Assembly: GCA_030704615.1 (NCBI GenBank)
Contig: CM060732.1
Span: forward strand, 81,282,001 to 81,346,000
Origin: Takakia lepidozioides
Lineage: Eukaryota; Plantae; Bryophyta
Direction: 5' to 3'
DNA length: 64,000 nt
The notes under the pieces are model-generated. The model made no database searches, was not told the DNA's origin, and saw only the letters and a list, made by a program, of their open reading frames with translations. Numbering within the stretch: position 1 is the stretch's first letter; the number at the start of each line of letters is the position of its first letter. Position numbers and translations under genes: made by a program. Below, piece by piece: positions 13,964 to 27,495 of this stretch.

Positions 13964-14066
13964 AATATATATACTGCAGTTTTCTTTTTTTCTTTTTTCT
14001 TTTTTTTTGAACAGCAGTTGATAAGGGCGCATTAACTATTCTTCCCATGCCGCCAGGCCACGTGTC
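13964..14066 (-). promoter_or_regulatory. Putative nsLTP promoter: TATA-like box (~13965-13973) and G-box/ABRE CCACGTGT (~14058-14065)
   Basis: TATATATA about 140 bp upstream of the ATG and a CACGTG core about 235 bp upstream. Motif match only. Confidence 0.4.
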
Positions 14067-16479
14067 CCTCGCGGTGTACCACTCTTTCGGCTGGTAGCTC
14101 ACAAGGACCCCAGCCTCGACCGGAAACTACCGGTCGCCAACTGCTTGTCGGAGCAATCTATTACCGGTAACTACCAGTACCCACTAACCGGCAATCACCG
14201 GGTTTGTCCTCTCTTTGGAAAAAACAATTAAAGAAGAATAAATAAAGAAAAAAACTTTATTAAAAATTATTCCATGTTGGCTCTAGCTTGGCATGTTTTT
14301 TGCAATCCTTTGTGAAAGGAAGACTAATTAATCTGAAAGTGCTTCCCCACTTGGGTCTTTTTATAAAGCTATACAGGTTATGTTTTGCTTCATATCCATC
14401 TGATCTTTTTTTCAAGACATCACCTTTACAACACTAGCATGGATCAGCCATGATCGTCTTTTCGTTATTGAAATGCTATGGGAAAGAAGACTTGGTCACG
14501 CTGAAATCGCTTCATACCGACAGCGGTCTGCGGCTGTTTACATCGGCATCCAGAGAACATGATATTGTGAATTTTATGCCTCCTGCAGATGGTGAGGTGT
14601 TCTTGGTCGTTCTCACGAGTTCTTTCATATTCATTCGAGGGATCTGTGAGCTTTACTTCCAGAAATGACATTATATGAATTCAGGTCACGGAATGGCGTG
14701 GATCACTCTCTCTCAGAGGTGCCAACATTACTGAGTTCCTTCGCTAGCCAGACTCGGACCTTTACTTTGAAGATCCTCTGTGAGAACCTAATTATTTCGT
14801 GGGTTATCCGCTGGAAGGCTAGAATGGCCAGGCCCACCGACCTGAGAGGCTGCCTGAGGGCCTTGCTCTGCATGGGCTCTCTTCAAATACAACTTTGGTG
14901 GACTCTGCGCGCAGGGCCCACTTGAAAAAGCAAACTAGAACCCGAGGACCCATCTGCTGATCAAAGAGACTGCAATTGGCATGGAACAACTTTGAAGGAA
15001 CGTTGAAGCAGCACCGAGATCAGGCAGGCCAGATTAAAGCCCCATAAACTATCCAATTAGTTGATCCGAGATATGAGCTATCACTCATTTGTCGGCGTTC
15101 ATTTCAGCAAGTATCTCTTGGTTTTTTAGGTACTTTATTCGACCTTCTATACAGTTTTATTATGGTCTGTTGTCCTGTTGCAGTTTCCGTTCTTAGTGGG
15201 CCAGCGTGCAGAGCCCAGCAGATTAAATAAGTACCCAAGAACAAGTCGGAAAAATTGAGGCGGGGGAGGCCACAAGCCGTCCCCTCGTTTTTATACCTCT
15301 TATTATTAGGGTCTCAGAGGTCGGCGGGCCCGACCCGGCCAAGCGGTGGTGGACCTTCCCAAGTTCCCGGAAGGCTGGTCCGTCTCCACACTTGTGCAGT
15401 TCCACACTTGACACTGCGTGCACACGTTTCCAAAGCCTGGACACACGGCTTGATCCAATCGCTGTACTGTACCATGTTCCTGCCTCCGTGTTGGCCACTC
15501 CCAACGTCTCGTTTTTCTTGACCTTAAATTTGTCCCCGAACTGTTGTTGGGTGCTTAGTTAGGACGAACGGGAGGTCTTAAAGCCCCAGTGTTTGCTACC
15601 GTCCTTTGGATTAAGATTAAGATTCTTCTTCTATTCCGCCAACTCGGGACGTGTATCTTCTACATTGTATCTGGATAGCAGATGGGTTGGTAGAGGTAGG
15701 ACCGGCGGTGAAGCGAGCCTGTCAATATAAATACAACATACAAGTAGGTCTACATGGGTCAACACCGCCATCTTTGCAACCGACGCCTTTCGAGCCACAC
15801 GGTGGAGTCCGTTGGAGTCCGCGCTATAGCTTCGCCTACTCACAGCGTCGTTTTTTATTCAACAAACTGTCATCATAGACCAGCTCCAAAAAAAAGCCTC
15901 ATATGTCGAGTCATATGTCCAGTTTACAGTCGGAGGGCTCTGTCAATCTGTTACAGATTCGTAGAATCACGTCGTCTTCAGCCCAACATGTTCTTACACA
16001 GGTGAAAATGGTGGGTTTCCTTAATATTCCACTGGTAACATTTGGTTTAGCAACGCATTCATAAGTTTACTTATTAGGGTGATGCTCATTGTGGTTAGCC
16101 GATACCTCAAGGCAGACTATGGTATGTGATGTGAGGTCATACCTCTTCATGGAGTGTAAGGGCTGTTATTCTTCAGTGGATGCTTAGGTCAAGACTTTCA
16201 ATATAATTTGTCCATTAGGTTGATCCAGACATGCACTTTGAGATGACGTTCCAGTTACATACGTACATGTACGTATGCAATTGCAGGAGTGCAGTGGGCC
16301 TGAGGAAAGCAACGCAGTGATAAATGAAGGCCCAAAAATTCAACGGGGCAGAGGCCTTTCAAGAGAGGCGCGCCAACAAGGGCCAGACAGGTGGTTGGAG
16401 AGCTGAGTCTAGCTTTGGTTTGTGTCTGAACACCGTATTCTGTGGGCTTGAGGAGAGCCTTGCTGTGATAGATGAAGAT

Positions 16480-19400
16480 CCAAATATTACAGCAAAAGAC
16501 GGGGCAGTGGACTCCAAAGGTAGGCCAGCCAACAAGGCCCCGACAGGTGGTTGGAGAGCTGCTGCCTATCTATTAGGTATGCGTCTGAACACACATCCGA
16601 CTTTGAGACTGGCTTGCTTGGCAGCTAGTGTATTATATACTTACAAGATCGTAATGACCAGTGAAATCGTGACCATAACTTCAAAGATTAACACCAGTAC
16701 TTAGAGGACGTCCGTACGTGGATGTGGATAACCGCATCTAGATAAAAATGTGTACAAGTTGCTACCACTCTAAGACCTGTTTCCATTGGAATAATATTAT
16801 CAGTCCCAGATGCATTCTATACTGGTCAAGTAATCTATGTATATAGCTAATTTGTGCAATTAACCTGGACCATTTCAGAGGGCCATCTAGGATCTTCTCC
16901 TCAGACGGTGAGATGTTTGGATATCGCTGGTGCTAACACAATTTGTATATGACAGCTTGTCATAATGGGATTAACACAAATAGTGGGTGCCGCTCTCTTG
17001 GTGGTGCAGATCACAGCTAGTTGAAACCCACTTATGATAATACTAGGGTGACCATGGCAGTGGATGGTTTCACGCGCTATAGTTTGACGGATACAGGAGC
17101 CGCCCTTAGAACACTGCACCTTCATACGCGCAAACTAGCACATTTCAAACATCCACCACCGGTGATCTAGAGTGTCTGCAGGACAGATTCGTCGAGAAGT
17201 GCGCAGTACTCCGACATTGCTCGGACTGTCCTGTCTAAAACTCCATAGAGCAAGGTGAGAGAGATCGCGCTATTGGCCTTGGTGGCATCGCGATCATCTA
17301 GGCGGCTGCTCCAAACTGCACAGTGCTGGCCCACCAAGAAATCTGGAGTAGCTGCAGCTATGTTCTCAGGCTTTCTGCGGTGGTCTATGAGTCGAGACCT
17401 TCGAATCTTCTTTACTTACAAATCTACAACAACCCTGGGTTCTGACAGGAATCACTATGAACAATCCTTTGACAGTTCAGGTCTTGATGGAACCATAATC
17501 ACAAGATCTACACAGTCCTTTTGTAAAAAAGAACCTTTTGTAAAAAAGGTGAACCATAGTCCCTGTCCTACAAAAGCCAGTGACTATTTCTAGATTAACC
17601 AACTCTAATATGCACAGCACCGGTTATCACATCCGGTCCACCCAGCCACCACGCCGTGCCTATCTCCTGCATCAGTTCTATCAGATCCTAGTGTCCTCCA
17701 GGCCACCATCCTCAATCCTCTTCTCCTCTCCTCGTGTCTGCCAGAACCGCCGCTCTTTCTTCGTGTACAGGTGACCTTCACCACCTGTTGACGTCCTTGG
17801 CAGGTGATCAGTACTCAAAGCTGGCAGTTGTCTCTCCAAACCTTCACGTGACACTGCTCCAGCTTTCCCCCACCTGTCATTCACACCGCCCCATGGCCTT
17901 TTCCACCCAGAAGTCATTCAGACTTGTTGCCTAGAGGGCCATAACAAAATCTTTTCGAGAAATTTCAAAAGACTATCGACCGTCAGGTTATAAACTCCAG
18001 ATAGGTGGAGAGGTGGACCCCAGTATGACCTTGGGTAGAGTGGAAAATCTACTAAGTCTGCACAAATGAAGGAAAAGAAGTCGTGCTGCTGCCAAGTTTT
18101 GCAAATTGCTAACAATCTATCTAGACAAGCCCCCTGGAGGAAAGCTTATCGTAAGTAATGTAGCAAATTTCTGATTGTCAAATCACTGGCACCATGCAGT
18201 GAGATCGATAACCTCAAGGTCCAACAATGTAGAATTCGCTAGGCGTCCAAGTTATCATGTCAATCCTAAATGCCAAGCGCCCAGCTAAATGTCGATAGTC
18301 TTCCAAAGAAGCCGTTAGAATTCTGATGAGCTAAAAGAAATTCTGACCAGCTCTGCACCGCCCAGTTCGAATTCGACGCCAATTGATTTATTGAATAACC
18401 AGATTTCCCTCGCAGCTGGAATCTATAGGGCTATTAACTTGTGATGATCTAGCAACATCAACAGCTGCACCCTTTACCAATTTTAGACTGAGTTGCTGTA
18501 GTAGTACAAGCGTTGTGTCATTATATTATCTTATAGAACGATGATACTTTCATCGTCACTGCAATGTCCCTTCTAAGGTTCCATTAGTGAGCTCTGAGTG
18601 AATTCCAGGCCAAGGTTCACGCACGCGAATAGGGTCGAGTCAGTCTCATACCGGTCCAGCGGCCCGGCATATGTGTCCTGGGATCAGCTAGCGACTGTAC
18701 GTATAGAGACCTTGAGAGGGCTGTCAAGATTCATCACTCTAATTGTCTCTATTTCAAGCTCTACGTCCGTGTATCTCGTGAGTTAATTAGTGATATATGA
18801 GGTCGAATGATGATAATGAAAAAACTGTTATGGGGCAGGGCACGGTGATATTGACTATCTCGGACGGTATCAGTGCCGGCCCTCCGCTCGCTCCTCCATG
18901 TCCGATAGGTATTCACTGCGCACCAGCTCATGGGTGGAGTTTGGCAATCCTGTTCATTGGATTGTACACCACAGCATTCGGAATGGCTGGACTTAAGGCC
19001 TCCAACTCTACGCTGGGGGCCAATCAGTTTGACAAGGAGGACCTGGTAGAGAAATGAAATGAAATGGTGCTTTATGACGTCCGCGGAAAGCTCATAGAGC
19101 TTATGGGACAAAATGGAAAGGAAACATGAGAGATGAAACAGAAAACCAGAGCCAGAGATAACAAGTTCGAGTGATTGTCTAAGGGTGAGTGCCTAGTGCA
19201 GGTAAACTGCCAAGCATTTCTGATCTTCATAGTGAAAGACTTCAGTGAGAGATTGGGTTCCCCGGAATAGACAGTGGAATCTCCCACAGATCCCATAGTA
19301 TAGAGGGCAATAGAAGAAGAAGTGTTCTTCAGTTTCAATTTCCTGGTTGCGCCATGTGGAAGCTGGGCGGTCCTCCCGCTGCAGGCCGTTTTCCCATCTG

Positions 19401-22400
19401 CCAGTCTCTATCCGGAGGTTGTGGGAGCCCACCCTGACCGCCCCAGTGCCCTCAAGAGAGAAGGAGATAAAGATACCGAAAAGTAATTGGGCCGCAAGAT
19501 CATCTCGGAGAACCAAGAATGTTCTCGATAGAAATGGAGCTTTCACATGAGGTTGGGTAATTTCCAAGTTCTCCTGACATGAAGTTCCATTCATGAGCTC
19601 CTTTCTAATGAGTCTGTTGCAGTCATGATTGGATGTGATGTCCACGTGATGTCCACCCCTTCTGGAGTCACTGGCAATAGTGTAGCAATAGATCTATTTA
19701 GTCCATGGCGTCCAAAAAAGGTGTCCACGCGAGCATACCAGGATTGTTTGAAACCTACATTTTTGAGCCTAATATAAGATGTTGCGAGAACTCTGGCCAC
19801 AAGCCCCTTGAGGGGAAGGGCTTGTAACCCATGCAGGAAAATTGTAAGCCGGAAGAGGGCCTCAGTTTGCAGTGGCATGCATGCGAATTCTGCACTCAGT
19901 ATATGATGGAGTTGTGCCTCTGGCGCCAAGCATTGCTTGGAGGAAAGATGACTGCAATGGTTCCAGATTCTTTTCCCACCAGGAAATTGGGACCGCAGGT
20001 GCCTATAATTCACAACCAAAAGTGGCATTTGGGGTGACAACGCTGTCAAACAGCCACTTCTTGGTCGGTGGATGGCGTAGATGTTTTTTTTTGCATTTGG
20101 CCTGAAGGCAGATGGAGGCTGCCTTGCCTTTTGTCAATCTGTCCACCTGGCAGTCGCTGTAAACTGGAATTTGGGGGAGTGGATAACCAGACCCAGATAC
20201 CGGTACGATTTGACTATCTCAACCTCCCGATTGTTGAGGAAGAATCTGTGGTCGGCCTGCCCATTGAAAACCATGATCTTGGTTTTGGTAAGATTGACTT
20301 GCAGCCCATAGTCTTTGGAGAGCTGTTCCAGGATGTGGAGATGGCGTTGCAGGAAGACAGGAGATTGTGCCAAAAGGGCAACATCATCCGCGCAGAGGAG
20401 ATCTGATTGCGTTGGTCGCCCATCCAATGGTACCCCAACCCCATGGTTTTTTTATGTATAAACCTCCAAGGCATCAATGTAGATCCCCAAAAGGGTAGGT
20501 GAAAGGGGCCAGCCCTGTTGACTCCAATGTTGCTCTGGACCTCTGCTGAGAATTCACCAACAACGTTGACCATACGTGACAATCTCATGTATACATAGAA
20601 GAGATAGCATATAGGATGTCTGGAGGGACTCCCACTCTATGGAGCCGTTGGAAGAGAAGGTCTCGAGGAAGTGAACTACCTCATTGAAGATGTGAGCTAT
20701 AAATGGGGCTAAAGTAGGTACAGCGTGCTTGATGAATGCACTCTAAAGGCCTGAAATGTCCACTGCCCTACCATTTTGCAGCTGCTTGATTGCCTTGCTG
20801 ACATTAGCTATAGTAAAGAGAGAGAAGTGTAGGGGTTTAGAGGTTATGGGAGAGGGAGTTTGGGTTGGGGAATGGTACAAAGACTGGGCAAACTCATATG
20901 CCAAACGTGAATGTCAGTGAGTGCGGGAGGGTCTATGTGAGGTTTAAGGAGGGACTAAAGAATGAGGATAAAATCTGACTTTTGCAAGGAAAGAAGATTG
21001 CAACTTGAGAGTATAGGCTCTCTTTTTGGACCTAATGAGGGACGTATAGTGCTTAAGGGCTAGGTTTGTGGAATCTGGAGAAGAATGGATATCAAGTAGT
21101 AGAGATTTGATGCGATGTCTAGCAACCAGCTTGCATTCTTCATCATAAAATGGTGCATAACGACAAGTGGAGAAGGGTGAGCAGGTAGATGGGAGGGTGA
21201 CGGGGAAGGATCGTAGGGATGAGTCAAAGGGCGTGCGTAAGATGGGTAGCCTTGTCATTTAGGAGATGGCTAGGCATGTTTCATACTCGGCATCGTGTAA
21301 GTGAGAGAAGGGGCTATTAAAGTGGATACGTGGGTGTAAAGGGAGAGAAGCAGAGGAGCCCTTCACGAGGAGAGAGATGGACGGAAATGCAAAGGAAAGG
21401 CAAGAGTGATCAGAATCCGCCCGGTACCTCGTGATGTAAAAAGAAGGTTATCCTATCAGTCGTGTTGGAGCTCCCCAAGAGATAGTCGACTACGCTCTGA
21501 CCCTTGTATGTGTGGCAGGTGAGCTAGCTGGAGGATTTGAAATTGGTTGTGCCATTGTAAATGACAAGCCCGTGGATTTCACAAAACTTGAGTAGATGGT
21601 GACCATAGCTTGTGATTTCGCAAGAGACGTCCGCATTTTGTCTCTCCAAGTCCATATATGAGTGTTGGATATGCAAATGATCGGTGGGGTCGAAGGTGGG
21701 GGCCTGTACATAGTGACCCTGTACGGGCGTTGAAATCCCCAACCAATAATATGTCCGTGTGTGGGGTACAGAGACGGGATGTATCTTCTTCCAATGGAAC
21801 AATATATGACAAATCTGTGCGCATGTGTAGGCCTTTGTGTGGAGATGTAGCCGAAGGTAAATAACATTCCGCTAGCAGAATGTTTGGTTGAGGGTTGTAA
21901 TCTTTGATGTGACACCAAATGTACCTTGCGAGTGGGTCTTTGTATGGGAAGGAGATAAATGGGAGAAGCCAGTCCGCAAAGTAACAAGCCACCCCACCAG
22001 ATCCTTTGAGACCTGTATGTGGACGAGTCACTGACTAGAAACTATACCCGAGAATAGAAGGAGGGTTCTTTCCTTCATATGCATGTGTTTCCAAGAGAAA
22101 AAGAACTTCACACTTGGAAAGAATATCAAGAAGCCAATAAGGATGACTCCACAATGAGCCATTACAATTCCATGAGCCAATGTGGAGATGTGAGCATGTG
22201 TTGGTCTCATAGGGCCCCAACCCCTATTTAGAGTTAGAGTGGCGGGGCTCCTGTTTTCAGACAATTACACTCCCATCTCGGTACACTGCATAGTGCCCTT
22301 GGGCCGAGCTTGTTTGACCTGCAAGAGTTGCGCTCGCATGGCATTGTATTGCAGGGGGGTCAAATCGTCGTTTAGGTACATACCCTGACCTCTCAATTGA

Positions 22401-23710
22401 GGCCTCTGTCTGAGGACCCTATCCCGAGCACCTTTATTTTTTGAAACGAATAAATAGATTTTGTGCTCTGAAGTTTTTGCTCGCCAAGCCCGTTCAATGC
22501 CACTCACTCCTCGTGGGAGAGCAAGGTTTCGCTGAATAAGGGTGGTGGCCGCTTGTAGAGGGTCCCCCTCTGCAAGGTTCCCTAGCTTTCCAGTGACCCT
22601 GATGTTAAGGGCTTTGAAAGCCCGTTGTTGTTCCTCCCCCAAGGTAGCCGAGATTGTCTTCTCTAGAGAGTGAGGACTGTGGTAGCCGCGAGGCGAAGTG
22701 ACTCTTAATTACGCCGCCTTCGGAGTCTTCTCTCTGAGGACTGTTGTTGGATGTGTTGCCTATACCTTGTGAGCTTGGAGCTCCTGAGCCACTGTAGACG
22801 TTGCAGTTCTGTGTGTTTTCAGCTCTTTGCTAAGGGATTCCACCGGCTGGTGGATGTTTGCCGTAAAGGGTCTGGGAGGCCTTTCTCTGCGAGGGTCTTC
22901 ACTTCGCCTTCCAGTCTTGAAAGACGCGCAAGTGTTGAGTTGTTTCATCATACTATGTATCTTGCTATTGCTCTCCTGAAGAGAGGCCCGCAGAGCGGTG
23001 ACCTTCGCTCGCAGATTCTTCATGTGTTTGTCTCGGGTTACCAATGACTTCTCCAAGTCCTTGTCTCTATCCACCATCCGCTTCTCCCAGTCTTTTGTCT
23101 CAGGCGGCGAGCGACTTTTCCAAGTCCCTGTCTCTATCTACCATATGCTTCTCTCAGTCTTGGTCTCGGGCAGTAAGTGATTGCTGTAGAGTCTCTTCAT
23201 AAATGCATTGAATTTGTAGGATAGTGATCTGGTCCCGAAGCATTTGAATATCAGCACTCCTCGTGGAGTACTGACGCAATGGAGAGGCCTGTTGGGAGAC
23301 CGGGCAGGAAGAAGAAGCATAGCGGATCTAGGGTGGGGTGAGAGAGATGGGGAGTCTGCATCCTCGCCAACCATCCTTTGGCGTTTAGAGGAGGTCATCA
23401 TGGGGTGGAGGCGGCGCTAGCGCGCCAACGCACGTGAACGAAGCGCCGACGCACGAGCGTCGACGTTCTAATGTGCGCGCGAGAGAGACAGAGAGGAGAA
23501 CAAAAGAAATTTGCGATGCAGCGCACCCTCACAGCATTGTAAACATCTTCATGATTTTTTCTTCGCAATGGAGAGAGAACCAGAGCAACACTGCCCAGAA
23601 TAACAAACAACTACGCAAGGTACTATAGATAGAGAGCTGAGAGTAGATGGCAAGTTTCTTCAGTTGGTTTCTTTTCCATGTGTCTGGTGATGCACTGTTT
23701 CCACCTTATT
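16480..23710 (+). pseudogene. NPF/PTR (NRT1/PTR) transporter pseudogene split by a LINE; pieces ~16480-16576, ~18718-18777, 18839-19052, 23647-~23710
   Basis: DGAVDSKGRPANKAPTGGWRAAAYLL|gtatg; LSRFITLIV..VYL|gtgagt...cag|GTVILTIS...LFIGLYTTAFGMAGLKASNSTLGANQFDKED; after the LINE, MASFFSWFLF. These are consecutive NPF signature segments. Confidence 0.8.
19051..23636 (-). mobile_element. Degenerate non-LTR retrotransposon (APE endonuclease + RT; RTE-X/CR1-like)
   Basis: ORF1 remnant LRGQGMYLNDDLTPLQ (22265-22642). Endonuclease motifs GSWNCNG, LETH, GGVA and GDFNART (~21700-22200). RT motifs LLCADDVALL, VNLTKTKIMVF and YRYLG (~20190-20400). C-terminal SHNLRIETGRW...EEHFFFYCPLY. (CATTT)n tail at ~19052-19066. 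5' boundary is approximate. Confidence 0.88.
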
Positions 23711-24129
23711 GGTATTAATCTAGGAACGGTTAGGAAGGGGGCTGGTCTTCCTCATATGCAGGTAAACCAACTAAGTTATCGGTCTTCTGTTTGTGTGCAC
23801 TGTCTGCTTCCCATAAGACGTGTTCGTGACGCTAGTACCGAGTGAAACTATAGGAAAAAATGTCGAGGACCTTAATTTCCATCTCTTGTCTTGGTTGAGG
23901 GCAGCTTCTAGTGAGAGACTACGATTGAGAATATCGGTGACCACAACAAAATGTGGGTCCACGGGAATTACATGAGGGATGATCATCCTTCTGAGGTTCT
24001 CGCCTCAACCATGGATAATCACCTATGTACTCGTATGCCAGACGCTCAGGTTTTTCAAAGGAGCAGAAAACGGAACGAATCCTCACAAAGCAAAAAAGTT
24101 TGGAGTCGCTTGTTGATTAGAAGCCAACT

Positions 24130-26141
24130 TACCGGAATTGTTGGGTGTCAGTATGCCCTCCATGTACATGAGAGAGAAGTTTCATAGTCAATGGAGAAGG
24201 TAGGTGGCGATTCTGGAATGCCGCCTTAAAAACACGAAATATGTGGGTCATTGGAGCGATGCGCTCTCCAAACAAACTACAATGGGAAGAAGCAATCAAC
24301 TCAGAGTTGGATTCATTGATACAAACACAAGCATGGACACTCACTATGTTGTCTGCAGGACGAAGAACCATTGGTTGCAAGTGGATCTTCAAAGTTGAAG
24401 TACAAAGCTGATGGATCTATTTACCGGTACAAAGCTCGTCTTTTAGCTAAAGGCTATGCACAAATTCAAGGAGTGGATTACAATGAAACCTTATCACCAG
24501 TGGTGAAGATTTCTTCTATCAGAGTGTTGTTAGCTCTTGCAGCTCAACATGATCACGAAGTTCATCAAATGGATATTAAGATCGCATTTCTAAATGGAGA
24601 ACTACAAGAAGAGATCTACATGAGACAACCTGAAGGGTTTGTACAAGGAAGAAGTGATATTGTGTGTAAGCTGCAAAAGAGTTTGTATGGACTCAAACAA
24701 AGTCCTCGAGCTTGGTATGCTAGGATCGATGTTTACCTCTTAAAGGCAAGATTTGAGCGAAGCATTGCTGACACAAACATCTATGTGAAAAAGATGGGAG
24801 AGCAATTTGTGGTCATAGCTCTATATGTGGATAACACAATCATTGTCACCAACGATCATCAAAGGTTGTTGCCAGAAACCAAAGCACTGTTGAGTGCTGA
24901 GTTTGCCATGACTGACATGGGTGAGATTCGGTTCTGTCTTGGTATTCAAATCAGCAGAGATCGAGTGAACCCTACAGTATTCATGCATCAACGACAATAC
25001 ATTGAGACAATTCTACAAAGGTTTAAGTTGGAGATGAGTAAGCCAACATCAATTCCTCTCGAAGTTGGTTTAAAACTTACGAAGGATATGGCATCTAAGA
25101 CTCAAGAAGAGCAAGAAGATATGAGGAAAACTCCTTATCAAAGCGCAGTCGGCAGTTTGATGTATTGCATGGTTTGTACTAGGCCAGACATTGCACATTC
25201 AGTGGGAGTGGTCTCACAATTTCTTTCAAATCCCGGACAAACCCATTGGAAAGCAGTGAAGAGGATATTTCGATATCTAAGAGGAACATCAACCTCTGGT
25301 CTACTCTACAAGAGAGTGGAAGATCCAAGTTTGTTGGGGTTTGCTGATGCTGACTGGGCAGGAGACGTTGATAGTAGAAAATCAACTTCAGGCCATTGTT
25401 TTCTCCTAGCAGGTGGAGCTGTATCTTGGTCTAGCAAACGACAAGTTGCAACAGCGTTGTCATCAACAGAAGCTGCGTACATGTCCATTACACAAGCAGC
25501 AAAGGAGGCTATTTGGTTACGGAAGTTGCTTGGAGATTTGGATCATCTCCAATCACTACCTACGACTCTCTATTGTGACAATCAAAATGCGATTGCACTA
25601 AGTCAGAATCCGAAATATCATTCAAGGACGAAGCACATTGAAGTGCAACATCACTACATACGGGAAGTTGTATGCAAGGGACAGATCAAGATGATCTATT
25701 GTGCTACAGGAAATATGGTTGCGGATGTTTTGACGAAGAGTCTACCACAAACAAAACACATGAAGTGTTCAGCCTTACTTGGTGTCTCTTCTCCAAAGAC
25801 AAACGAAGTAGCTTAATGATATGGTTTAATTGAGTGGAAGTGTTGGAAATAATTAAACATATCTAGAAGACTAAGAGTCTTGAAGGCCAAAGGTTTAGAA
25901 GTCTAAGAGACTATCTTGTTTAACTCACCTTTGGAAGGTGAATGGCTAGAAGGTGGATGGTCACCATAGTGGAAGTGACCAAGTAGGACTTTCTAGAGAC
26001 CTTATTGTACAAGCTCGGGGGTAAAGCCACTAGTCTAAGTGTAAGAGTACGATGGTGGCTTCTATGGTTGGGAGGAGAGCTTTAGTTTTAGCTTTAGTCT
26101 AAGACTTTAGTTCTTGTTCATGTTCTTGCTCAATTCTAACA
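24130..26141 (+). mobile_element. 5'-truncated Ty1/Copia retrotransposon (RT-RNase H, PPT, 3' LTR)
   Basis: WEEAINSELDSL..IGCKWIF (frameshifted), YKARL, QMDIKIAFLNG, SLYGLKQSPRAW, YVDN, ADWAG, RTKHIEV. PPT TGAGTGGAAG at 25831-25840. LTR TGTTGG...CTAACA at 25841-26141. Confidence 0.93.
24371..25816 (+). pseudogene. Copia reverse transcriptase/RNase H, inactive (YVDD to YVDN)
   Basis: 481-aa ORF with Copia RVT_2 and RNase H motifs. The catalytic Asp is replaced and the N-terminus is frameshifted. Confidence 0.9.
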
Positions 26142-26775
26142 GATCTAGCGAGATGTTACACAAAATGATTTCGCATGATCAACGATGCTTCATGTGTTGC
26201 AGGTCTTCATGCACATTGGACTTCCACAGAGAACATGACACGAGCCTATACATTTGCCCAGAGCCTTTGCAAGATTACGCTGCAAAAATTCAGATTCAAA
26301 AACTTGAAAAGAGTCCCTGCAACTTACATGCAAAAATCATGGTATAGCAGAATCTCCAAATTCGCCAATTTACTCCGGAAGAAATCAGTGTGCAGATGCC
26401 TTGCAGGTAGTTTTTTCGGTGTGTCCTAACCCCGCTCAAAAATTATGGTGCAGAAGAGACCTCACTTTGAGTTGAACCAAGCTGGCCAGCTCCTATTAAG
26501 CTGCACTGAACCAGCATTTGCCCTAGGTAATCTCTTCTTCTATACACGATCATCGACGATGCCACTGTATACACATGCAACACCTCAACTGGTGAGGTGT
26601 TCTGCTGTAGTATCTACATGTTTGATCAGAGTGGGGGTTAGACTTCATACGTTCATAATCTGGACTATCAAAGATGTCTGCTAGGGCACTCATGACGTCA
26701 ATGTCCAAGCTCGAAACACCACTTTGGTAAAATCGATGGGTGACCAGGATTCTTGGTTGAGACCAATCAATCTCT

Positions 26776-27495
26776 TTATCGTGTGAGCTTGCAGCTCTTG
26801 GAATTCACCTTGGCCGCCTGGCCCGAAACTGTGTTCAGGCTCACGTTCAAATCGCAAGTCACATGAACCCAGAAATGGAAAGACTTGTAAGATCCGATCT
26901 TCACGCGGGCCTTCACGTCCACCCTGACCTGCAAAGGAATGCTGTTTTTCGAGATATCGGTTTCTAATGAAGTTCCCAGTTTCTGTTCGAGAGCGAAGTC
27001 CGTAACACGCACCTCTGAGGTCACTGTGGTAGTGTTCTGATGACCCTGATAGAAGGGAGCAATTGTGCTGTTTCCAAACTGAGTTCCATCGTACGAAGTG
27101 TACATGTTGATGGTGTCATACTCGATGCCTATTTTCTTGTTGGGATTTCGGGCCTCAACAGTGTAAACGATGTCCGAGTTCAGCAACAATCGAGAGTTAT
27201 TTGAAGTGACAGCGAAATCTTTGAACTGAACATCTTGGACGGAGTAATGAGGAGCCTTCGGTCGCAGAGTCAGCCAGATAACAAGAGCGGCGATGCCTAA
27301 AACCAATACTATGGAGATGAGAATGGAGCAACACCATGAGAAGACACAACAGCAGCAACCGCGACCATGGCGACGGCGAGGTGGGGAAGCGTAGGTGGCG
27401 GGTGGAGGAAGGGGCCCAACATCAGCGCCCATCATTTTGTACACGTTCGGCCTCGCTGGTAGTGACTGATCCGGGTAGATCCTTTCCCCTGTCAT
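26776..27495 (-). CDS. NDR1/HIN1-like (LEA_2 domain) protein, paralog 1
   Basis: Intronless. MTGERIYP...Pro-rich stretch, Cys cluster, one TM helix, LRPKAP, ARNPNKKIGIEYD, FYQGHQNT, terminal CKL. Confidence 0.92.
   Translation of the reverse strand: MTGERIYPDQSLPARPNVYKMMGADVGPLPPPATYASPPRRRHGRGCCCCVFSWCCSILISIVLVLGIAALVIWLTLRPKAPHYSVQDVQFKDFAVTSNNSRLLLNSDIVYTVEARNPNKKIGIEYDTINMYTSYDGTQFGNSTIAPFYQGHQNTTTVTSEVRVTDFALEQKLGTSLETDISKNSIPLQVRVDVKARVKIGSYKSFHFWVHVTCDLNVSLNTVSGQAAKVNSKSCKLTR

Noticed and set aside
17255-18500. Possible decayed L1-like fragment within the NPF intron (similar case at ~35420-36250)
   Set aside because: Only vague Trp-rich frames and no diagnostic motif.
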